Program-made: the position numbers and the translations under genes
Shown: piece by piece, positions 18,354-24,000 of the stretch
Position numbering within the stretch: position 1 is the first letter of the stretch
Layout: the number at the start of each line of letters is the position of its first letter
DNA from: Candidatus Methanomethylicus mesodigestus
GTDB lineage: Archaea > Thermoproteota > Methanomethylicia > Methanomethylicales > Methanomethylicaceae
Direction: 5' to 3'
Assembly (NCBI GenBank): GCA_001717005.1
Contig: MAGS01000019.1
Span: forward strand, 14,978-38,977
DNA length: 24,000 nt
The notes under the pieces: generated by a model
Seen by the model: the letters and a program-made list of their open reading frames with translations, nothing else
The model's database searches: none
What the model was told of the DNA's origin: nothing

Positions 18354-18395
18354 TATTACATTCACACATTGGGGAAAATCGCCTTGTCGGCTCGG

Positions 18396-18659
18396 ATGAA
18401 GATACGCGTCTCTGGCACCGTGCAGGGGGTCGGGTTCAGGTACTTCGCCTTCAGAACTGCCCGCAGGCTCTCGCTTGGCGGCTACGTCAAGAACAAGTCC
18501 GACGGCAGCGTGGAAGTGGTCGCAGAGGGAGACAAGACAAAGCTGCTTAATCTGGTGGAGGAGCTGAGGATAGGCCCCCCCGGTTCATGCGTTGAGAACC
18601 TTGGCCTGGAATGGGAGGATCCCAAGAACGAATTCGACACCTTCAGGATCTTGAGGTGA
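18396..18659 (+). CDS. acyP: Acylphosphatase
   Basis: 87 aa from ATG 18396. MKIRVSGTVQGVGFRYFAFRTARRLSLGGYVKNKSDGSVEVVAEG carries the V.G.VQGVGFR acylphosphatase signature. The track's 34-aa N-terminal extension falls in an AT-rich promoter-like region. Confidence 0.85.
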   Translation: MKIRVSGTVQGVGFRYFAFRTARRLSLGGYVKNKSDGSVEVVAEGDKTKLLNLVEELRIGPPGSCVENLGLEWEDPKNEFDTFRILR

Positions 18660-18675
18660 TACCTTCTCTGCACTC

Positions 18676-18711
18676 TTTTTTCGTAATGGCATATGCGTTT
18701 TTACTATTTTT
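18676..18711 (+). terminator. Oligo-T terminator region after acyP
   Basis: Three T-runs (TTTTTT 18676-18681, TTTTT 18698-18702, TTTTT 18707-18711) lie within 55 nt of the stop codon. Confidence 0.5.
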
Positions 18712-18793
18712 AATAAAACTAGGCTCCTTCAATTTGTTAATTGTTCGATTCCATAACTTTAACTGTTAAGCTTAGCTTGCAGTATAACCTTCC

Positions 18794-18813
18794 TATATAA
18801 GAAAAACATATAT
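18794..18813 (+). promoter_or_regulatory. Candidate promoter (TATA boxes) for the second hydrogenase cluster
   Basis: TATATAA at 18794-18800 and CATATATG at 18806-18813 lie 25-44 nt upstream of ATG 18838. The second would give a near-leaderless transcript. Confidence 0.45.
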
Positions 18814-18837
18814 GGGGTCCCTTTTTACGCACTATTG

Positions 18838-19170
18838 ATGCTTATGCCCGCAGAATTACTGAGCAATCCTGTGGCAATCTTCCTCATCTCTTTAGTGGTT
18901 GCCAGCTTGGTATATCTGCTCGGTCGCTCGAAGAGCGTACCGCACCCCGACAAGGCCGCGCCGTATGCCTGCGGCGAGAGCGTGGCTGCGGAGCGCGAGC
19001 CGGTCAGCATACACATCTTCGAATTCGCAGCGGTATTCCTAGTCTTCGACGTGATCGCCATTATGTTGGTCTTTGCCTTCGATACCGCTTACCCCATACT
19101 CCCAGTCGCATACGTGGCGCTGGCCGCGGTCGCCCTCTACTCCCTCCCTGTATTCAGGAGGCGGCGCTGA
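18838..19170 (+). CDS. NuoA/ND3-like membrane subunit
   Basis: About 110 aa with 3 TM helices. DKAAPYACGE (compare K..PYE(C/S)G) and FAAVFLVFDVIAIML (compare FLIFDVE) align with the NuoA/FpoA pattern. I place the start at ATG 18838; the track starts at TTG 18835. Confidence 0.72.
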   Translation: MLMPAELLSNPVAIFLISLVVASLVYLLGRSKSVPHPDKAAPYACGESVAAEREPVSIHIFEFAAVFLVFDVIAIMLVFAFDTAYPILPVAYVALAAVALYSLPVFRRRR

Positions 19171-19643
19171 TGGGCCTCCGCAACTGGGCGCTAAGGAAGA
19201 GCCCTTGGATACTGCACTTCAACACGGGCTCCTGCAACGGCTGCGACATCGAGCTGGTCGCAACGCTCACCCCTCGATATGACATCGAGCGCTTCGGGAT
19301 GTACCTGCGCGGCAGCCCAAGGCACGCCGACATCCTGCTCGTGACCGGGCCCGTGACCAGGCAGGTCAGGGACCGCATCGTGAGGATATACAACCAGATG
19401 CCGTTCCCGAAGTCGGTCGTCGCGATCGGAAGCTGCTGCATGAGCGGCGGCGTATTCTCCAACTGCGGGAAGGGGCCCTGCTACAACGTGTATGCGGGGC
19501 TCGACCAGCTGATCCCTGTTAATGCATACATCCCCGGCTGCCCACCCAAGCCGGAGGCAATAATCGACGGGGTGGCAAAGCTTCTTGAGAGCATGAAGGC
19601 AACGAAGAGGAAGGAGGGCACACCCGATGAGCCGGCTCAGTGA
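19170..19643 (+). CDS. Group-4 [NiFe]-hydrogenase small subunit (NuoB-like)
   Basis: 157 aa. NTGSCNGCDIELV is the hydrogenase-type CxxC, not the CC of complex I NuoB. Also IGSCCMSGG and IPGCPPKPEAI. The ATG shares 1 nt with the upstream stop. Confidence 0.9.
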   Translation: MGLRNWALRKSPWILHFNTGSCNGCDIELVATLTPRYDIERFGMYLRGSPRHADILLVTGPVTRQVRDRIVRIYNQMPFPKSVVAIGSCCMSGGVFSNCGKGPCYNVYAGLDQLIPVNAYIPGCPPKPEAIIDGVAKLLESMKATKRKEGTPDEPAQ

Positions 19644-20094
19644 TGATGAAATACTCGCCATGCTCGCCCAGAGCAAGGCGATACTGGACCTCAAGGTCAC
19701 CTCGCCGAGGCGCATTCTGGCGGTCGCCATGCCAGAGTGCTATAGGCGCGCAGTGGAGGCGATCGTCGGGATCGGCATCAGCCACGTCGTCGCGCTCACC
19801 GCGATCGACACGGAATCGGGCTTCGAGCTGCAGCTCCAGCTTGGCAGGGGCACGATCGTATCCCTGAAGGTAATTCTCCCCGCCGAGAGCCCCGAGCTGG
19901 CGACGGTGGCGGACCTGCTGCCCGGCGCGTCGGTCCACGAGCGCGAGGTCCACGACATCATGGGCATCAGCTTCAAGAACAGCCCGGACCAGTCGAGGCT
20001 GATACTGCCGGACGACTGGCCCGCAGGCGTCTATCCGCTCAGGAAGAGCTTCACCCCAACGGTGCCAGTTCCTGCCAAGGAGGTCAAGCAATGA
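19627..20094 (+). CDS. NuoC/MbhK/EchD-like subunit
   Basis: 155 aa. Contains VHEREVHDIMGISFKN (ERE..D..Gi.F) and LILPDDWPAGVYPLRK. 17-nt overlap with the small subunit; alternative in-frame ATG at 19660. Confidence 0.85.
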   Translation: MSRLSDDEILAMLAQSKAILDLKVTSPRRILAVAMPECYRRAVEAIVGIGISHVVALTAIDTESGFELQLQLGRGTIVSLKVILPAESPELATVADLLPGASVHEREVHDIMGISFKNSPDQSRLILPDDWPAGVYPLRKSFTPTVPVPAKEVKQ

Positions 20095-21215
20095 GCTCCT
20101 ACGAGCGCCTCTTCGACATCCCGATCGGCCCCCAGCACCCCGCGCTGAAGGAGCCTGTCCTCCTGAACCTCAAGGTCGACGGGGAGCATGTCGTCGATGT
20201 GGGGGTCGACATCAGCTACAACCACCGCGGCATGGAGAAGGCGGCCGAATATAGGACTTACGTGCAGAACCTCTACCTGATAGAGCGCGTCTGCGGCATA
20301 TGCAACATCGCGCACACCCTGTCGTTCGGCACGGCGATCGAGGGCCTGCATGGAAAGCCCGCGCCCGAGCGGGCGAAGGTCCTCAGGGTCCTCGCGGAGG
20401 AGCTGGAGCGGATACAGAGCCATCTCCTATGGCTCGGCATCGCCGCCCACGAGATCGGCTTCGACACCCTCTTCATGTACGTCTGGCTAGACAGGGAGAT
20501 CTCGCTCGACATTATGGAGGCGTTCGCCGGCAACAGGATAACCTCCTCATACATATCGATCGGCGGCGTCAAGCGCGACATGACGCCAGAGATCGCCGGG
20601 AAGATGCTGAAGGGCATGGACAAGCTCGAGGGGCGGATGGCATACTACCGGAAGGCGATCTCGGAGGAGCGTACCGTGCTGAAGCGGACGCAGGGCGTGG
20701 GCCTGCTCGGCGCGGCAGACGTCGCCTCTCTCTCGGCAGTGGGCCCCTTTGCCAGGGCATCCGGCGTCGCAGTGGACGTCCGCGCGGACGACCCGTACGC
20801 CGCGCACGAGCTCGTCCCGATAAAGGTCGTGACGGGCGACGGCTGCGACGTCTTCACGAGGATTATGGTGAGGATAGACGAGGTCGTGGAGTCCATAAAC
20901 GCGATAAGGTTCTGCCTCGGCCACCTCCCGTCAGGGCCGATCCTGCAGCGCCTCCCCAGGCGGGTCCCGGCGGGAGACTTCCTCTCGAGGGTGGAGGCGC
21001 CCAGGGGCGAGCTGACCCACTTCGTCAGGTCCGACGGGAGCGACAAGCCGTACCGATACAAGATCAAGACGCCTACCTTCTCCAACATACCGTCGCTGGC
21101 TAAGATGCTCAAGTCCACCGGCAGGTATGTCGTGAACATAGCGGACGTGCCTGTGATACTCGCATCGATAGACCCGTGCTTCAGCTGCACTGCGAGGTTC
21201 GAGAGGATCGGATGA
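20091..21215 (+). CDS. Group-4 [NiFe]-hydrogenase large subunit (NuoD-like), all four Ni-ligand Cys present
   Basis: 374 aa. IGPQHPALKEP, YNHRGMEK, ERVCGICNIAH (Cys68/Cys71, nt 20292-20303) and DPCFSCTAR (Cys363/Cys366, nt 21177-21188). Only 5 residues follow the conserved Arg. Confidence 0.92.
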   Translation: MSSYERLFDIPIGPQHPALKEPVLLNLKVDGEHVVDVGVDISYNHRGMEKAAEYRTYVQNLYLIERVCGICNIAHTLSFGTAIEGLHGKPAPERAKVLRVLAEELERIQSHLLWLGIAAHEIGFDTLFMYVWLDREISLDIMEAFAGNRITSSYISIGGVKRDMTPEIAGKMLKGMDKLEGRMAYYRKAISEERTVLKRTQGVGLLGAADVASLSAVGPFARASGVAVDVRADDPYAAHELVPIKVVTGDGCDVFTRIMVRIDEVVESINAIRFCLGHLPSGPILQRLPRRVPAGDFLSRVEAPRGELTHFVRSDGSDKPYRYKIKTPTFSNIPSLAKMLKSTGRYVVNIADVPVILASIDPCFSCTARFERIG

Positions 21216-21230
21216 TATGGGGGCATCGCT

Positions 21231-22202
21231 ATGGATTGGGCTTTGGGTCTCGTCTCGCTTTTGGTCTTTCCGGGCTTCGCTCTGATGATAGCCCTCTCCT
21301 TCCTCTACGAATGGTATGACCGGAAGCTCTACGCCGGGATACAGATGAGGAGGGGGCCGCTCTACACCGGACCAATGGGGATCCTGCAGCCCTTCGCTGA
21401 CTTCATCAAGCTGATGTCCAAGGAGGACCTCACCCCAAGGCACGCCGACAGGAGGGTGTTCAACTCCGTCCCGGTGATCATGGTGGCCCTCATGCTGACT
21501 GCCCTTACGATGATCCCCGTCACCGGGGCATCGGGCCTGCTCTCATTCAGCGGCGACATAGTCTTCGCGATAGTCGCCATGACGTTCTTCTGCGTCCTCG
21601 TATTCCTTGCGGGATTCTCCTCGATGAGCAGGTACTCCATCATCGGGGCCGAGAGGGCTGTCCTGCAGCTCCTCGGGTTCGAGATCCCTCTGATGCTCTC
21701 TATGGTCGGGGCCTGCATATTCAGCGGGTCCGTCACGATCTCGGGCATAGTTGCCCAGCAGTCCGGTCTGTGGAACCTGATCGGCCCCCCGCTGCTCGGT
21801 TTCGCCATCTTCCTCATAGCGGCGCAGGCCGAGCTCGAGAGGGTCCCCTTCGACATGCCTGAGGCCGAGCAGGAGATCGTCGCCGGCTGGCTCACCGAGT
21901 ACTCCGGCAGGAAGCTCGCGCTCATACGGCTCGCCCGGAACCTCGAGCTCATCTTCATTGCAGGCCTCGCCGCGGCGCTCTACCTCGGCGGCCCGCTGGG
22001 GCCGTCTACCGACGCGCTCGCGCCCGTCCTCTTTCCTTTGTACTTCATCGCCAAGACCCTCTTCGTCATACTCCTCCTTGCCTTCATGAAGAGCATATTC
22101 GCGCGCGTCAGGATAGACCAGATGGTCTCATTCGCTTGGAGGTACCTGATCCCGCTCTCGCTGGTCCAGATCATGATCACCCTGATTTGGAGGGCGCTCT
22201 GA
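21231..22202 (+). CDS. NuoH/MbhM/EchB-like membrane subunit
   Basis: 323 aa. YEWYDRKLYAGIQMRRGPLYTGPMGILQPFADFIKLMSKED is the canonical NuoH N-terminal motif, and ERVPFDMPEAEQEIVAGWLTEYSG is the conserved loop. Confidence 0.9.
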   Translation: MDWALGLVSLLVFPGFALMIALSFLYEWYDRKLYAGIQMRRGPLYTGPMGILQPFADFIKLMSKEDLTPRHADRRVFNSVPVIMVALMLTALTMIPVTGASGLLSFSGDIVFAIVAMTFFCVLVFLAGFSSMSRYSIIGAERAVLQLLGFEIPLMLSMVGACIFSGSVTISGIVAQQSGLWNLIGPPLLGFAIFLIAAQAELERVPFDMPEAEQEIVAGWLTEYSGRKLALIRLARNLELIFIAGLAAALYLGGPLGPSTDALAPVLFPLYFIAKTLFVILLLAFMKSIFARVRIDQMVSFAWRYLIPLSLVQIMITLIWRAL

Positions 22203-22540
22203 TGTCGATCTATCGCGAGGCGTACCGCAGCCTCTTCGGCAAGAAGGCTACGCTGGGATACCCGTACCGCGACAGGGAGATGGTCCATCTGCCCGACGGA
22301 TTCAGGGGCAGGATGGCACTCAAGCGGGAGGCCTGCATCGGGTGCACGATCTGCGAGAAGGACTGCCCGAGCACCGCGATAACCATAATCGTCGACCAGA
22401 AGGGGAAGCGCCCTGTCTTTTACCTCGACAAGTGCATGTTCTGCGGGCAGTGCCAGGAGAGCTGCCCGACGAAGGCGATATCCTTCACGAAGGAGTTCGA
22501 GAACGCCGCCCTCAGCAGGGGCGTCATGGAGGTCCGCTGA
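22202..22540 (+). CDS. NuoI/MbhN-like 2x[4Fe-4S] subunit
   Basis: 112 aa from ATG 22202 (shares 1 nt with the nuoH-like stop). KKATLGYPY, FRGRMAL, CIGCTICEKDCP and CMFCGQCQESCP. The track's upstream extension overlaps the previous gene. Confidence 0.88.
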   Translation: MSIYREAYRSLFGKKATLGYPYRDREMVHLPDGFRGRMALKREACIGCTICEKDCPSTAITIIVDQKGKRPVFYLDKCMFCGQCQESCPTKAISFTKEFENAALSRGVMEVR

Positions 22541-22582
22541 CATGCGCGCCAACCTCTTCCCGCCATGCAGGAGGCTTCCGGC

Positions 22583-22828
22583 ATGACCGACGCCGTCAGC
22601 CTGACCGTAGCGGTGCTCATCGTCGCATTCGCGATCATGGCCGTTGAGATGCGCGACCTCGTCAGGATGGCCATTGCCTTCTCGATGATGAGCATAATGG
22701 TCGCCATCGCATTCTACGTGATGTGCTCGCCATATGTCTCCGCATTCCAGCTTGCGGTGAACGCGGGGGCGGTAACAGTGCTATTCCTTGCCCTGCTCCA
22801 TGTGATCAAGAAGAGGAGGCTCGATTGA
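22583..22828 (+). CDS. NuoJ N-terminal-like / MbhD-like membrane subunit
   Basis: 81 aa from ATG 22583 (GGAGG 8 nt upstream). MRDLVRMAIAFSMMSIMVAIAFYVMCSPYVSAFQLAVNAGAVTVLFLALL parallels the NuoJ pattern RN.vhsAl.l......a..f..l.a.f.a..Q.lVYaGAi.VLFLF. Confidence 0.6.
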   Translation: MTDAVSLTVAVLIVAFAIMAVEMRDLVRMAIAFSMMSIMVAIAFYVMCSPYVSAFQLAVNAGAVTVLFLALLHVIKKRRLD

Positions 22829-22829
22829 C

Positions 22830-23138
22830 ATGCGCAGGCTCGCCTTCAACATCGCAGTGATGGCTTCGCTGGCGCTGATAGCAGCCTTCTGCGCGTACGC
22901 GTTCCCATCAATCTTCTCGCTGGGCGGCCAATACTCCGGCGGCTCGTTCGAGTCGAGCCCGGGCTTCCTCTGGGACTACAGGGGCATCGATGTGATGGCG
23001 CAGGCCTTCATAGTCCTTGCCGCGACCGTCGCCATCTCCTCGATATTCAGGGAGCGCCAGAAACCCGGCTCCAGCGAGCGCAGCGTGGAGGAGGGCTCAC
23101 CCGAGGAGATCCCGCCGGGAGAGGAGGATGAACTCTGA
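22830..23138 (+). CDS. MnhB-like small membrane subunit (MbhE position) with acidic C-terminal tail
   Basis: 102 aa with two TM helices. WDYRGIDVMAQAFIVLAA is the MnhB RG.Dt..e motif. The C-terminus is SSERSVEEGSPEEIPPGEEDEL. Confidence 0.55.
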   Translation: MRRLAFNIAVMASLALIAAFCAYAFPSIFSLGGQYSGGSFESSPGFLWDYRGIDVMAQAFIVLAATVAISSIFRERQKPGSSERSVEEGSPEEIPPGEEDEL

Positions 23139-23440
23139 TGGCCGAGGCGTTCACCGCAGCCGCGCTCGCCCTCTTCCTGGTCGGGATGTACTGCATCATC
23201 CGGAAGAGGAACCTGATCAAGATCGTGGTAGGCATCGAGATAATGACCGCCGCGGTCAACCTCAACTTCATCTCCATGGCATGGAACGGCGAGGTCGCGG
23301 ACCCTCTGGCGGCCTCGATCGTGCTCATCAGCATCGCAATAGCCGCGGCCATCGCCGCATTTGCTCTCTCCCTAATAATCAAGGCGTTCAAGCACACCGG
23401 TAGCGTGGACTCCAGGAAGCTGCGGAGGCTCAGGTGGTAA
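23138..23440 (+). CDS. NuoK/MnhC-like membrane subunit
   Basis: 100 aa with 3 TM helices. LFLVGMYCIIRKRNLIKIVVGIEIMTAAVNLNFI is the NuoK/MrpC pattern, including the conserved membrane Glu. Confidence 0.8.
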   Translation: MAEAFTAAALALFLVGMYCIIRKRNLIKIVVGIEIMTAAVNLNFISMAWNGEVADPLAASIVLISIAIAAAIAAFALSLIIKAFKHTGSVDSRKLRRLRW

Positions 23441-23442
23441 CC

Positions 23443-24000
23443 ATGTCCCTCATTGAGCCGCTCCTCTATCCGCTCATCGGCGCTGTGGCGATAATAGCCA
23501 TCTCCTCCCTCGTAAGGGGGAAGGAGTTCCTGTACTGCCTCATAGCGGTGGCATCGCTCGTGGCATCCCTTGCAGGGCTGCTGCAGCTGTACCCCGCACT
23601 GCCCGCCTCCTTCACGCTCGACGGCTTCCTGCCACCCTACGGCGCGCAGCTATACCTCGACTCGTTCGGGGAATTCATGGCGCTGCTCTTCGTGGCGCTC
23701 GGCATATTCGCCGCCGCATACTCCTTCAAGTACATGGCCGATGAGGATGGCCTCGAGAAGTACTATGCGCTCATGCTCTTCATGGTTGCCGGCCTGATGG
23801 GCGTGGCCCTAGCCGGGGACCTCTTCACGCTCTTCGTCTTCTGGGAGCTCATGTGCATTGCATCGTATGCGCTGGTCTCCTTCAGGAACTACAGGTGGGA
23901 GCCAGTCGAGGCCGGCTTCAAGTACCTCGTCATGAGCACCATCGGATCGCTCGCGGCGCTCTACGGCATGTCATTCCTCTACGGCATCACTGGGACCCTC
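23443..24000 (+). CDS. MrpD/NuoN-like antiporter-type subunit, N-terminal 186 aa (3' end lies outside the window)
   Basis: ATG 23443, open to the window end and absent from the ORF track. My own translation is MSLIEPLLYPLIGAVAII...DLFTLFVFWELMCIASYALVSF...EAGFKYLVMSTIGSLAALYG, which matches the NuoL/M/N family core (f..WE.m...sy.Lv......eA..KY). Confidence 0.85.
   Translation, partial: MSLIEPLLYPLIGAVAIIAISSLVRGKEFLYCLIAVASLVASLAGLLQLYPALPASFTLDGFLPPYGAQLYLDSFGEFMALLFVALGIFAAAYSFKYMADEDGLEKYYALMLFMVAGLMGVALAGDLFTLFVFWELMCIASYALVSFRNYRWEPVEAGFKYLVMSTIGSLAALYGMSFLYGITGTL

Noticed and set aside
18294-18395. N-terminal 34-aa extension of the acylphosphatase ORF
   Set aside because: It falls in an AT-rich promoter-like sequence. 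The conserved acylphosphatase fold begins at MKIRVSG (ATG 18396), giving the typical length of about 90 aa.
18741-18752. TGTTCGATTCC, reminiscent of a tRNA T-loop (GTTCGAATCC), which could mark a tRNA or an integration-site remnant
   Set aside because: There are no flanking complementary stems, no acceptor or anticodon arms, and no repeat copy elsewhere in the window. It is an approximately 10-nt chance match in AT-rich DNA.
18687-18770. 27-aa hydrophobic micro-ORF (MAYAFLLFLIKLGSFNLLIVRFHNFNC) in the intergenic region
   Set aside because: It sits among terminator T-runs and promoter sequence, has no RBS, and its composition is driven by AT-richness. There is no support for coding.
20300-21443. 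Off-frame and antisense ORFs (267, 193, 170 and 125 aa) over the second large subunit
   Set aside because: Their composition is extremely Arg/Gly/Asp/Pro-rich, typical of alternative frames in GC-rich genes. The annotated frame carries both Ni-binding motifs.
18838-24000. Reading the second cluster as an Fpo/Nuo-type (quinone or methanophenazine) or Mbx/Mbs-type complex
   Set aside because: The NuoD homologue keeps all four Ni-ligand cysteines, and the NuoB homologue has the hydrogenase CxxC motif instead of CC. A functional [NiFe] site is therefore the better reading, pending phylogeny.

Overview
The window looks like an archaeal chromosomal region devoted almost entirely to membrane bioenergetics. 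This reading rests on A-type ATP synthase genes, TATA-like AT-rich promoters, oligo-T terminators, GGAGG ribosome-binding sites and many ATGA/GTGA start-stop overlaps. GC content looks high-50s percent by eye and was not computed. There are four blocks. (1) 3-8792 (+) is a tightly packed Mrp-linked group-4 [NiFe]-hydrogenase cluster. Its content and order resemble Eha/Ehb-type energy-converting hydrogenases: MnhG/B/C/D-like membrane subunits, three consecutive ferredoxin/polyferredoxin proteins carrying 4+10+2 CxxCxxCxxxC motifs, a NuoB-like small subunit, a NuoD-like large subunit with both CxxC nickel-binding motifs, a NuoH-like subunit, and no NuoC. (2) 8824-17374 holds all nine A1AO ATP synthase subunits in a non-canonical layout. 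atpF-E-A-B-D follows the hydrogenase after only 31 nt, an AT-rich spacer precedes atpK-I, and atpH-atpC sit on the opposite strand, convergent and directly behind a tRNA m1A methyltransferase gene. (3) A small acylphosphatase gene follows. (4) 18838 to the window end (+) is a second, different group-4 hydrogenase cluster. Its gene order copies complex I (NuoA-B-C-D-H-I-J-K-N-like), yet its large subunit keeps all four Ni-ligand cysteines and its small subunit has the hydrogenase-type CxxC motif. No tRNA or rRNA genes, CRISPR arrays, transposases or obvious defence genes were seen. All functional calls come from motif and family recognition by eye; no database search was possible, so subfamily assignments are hypotheses.
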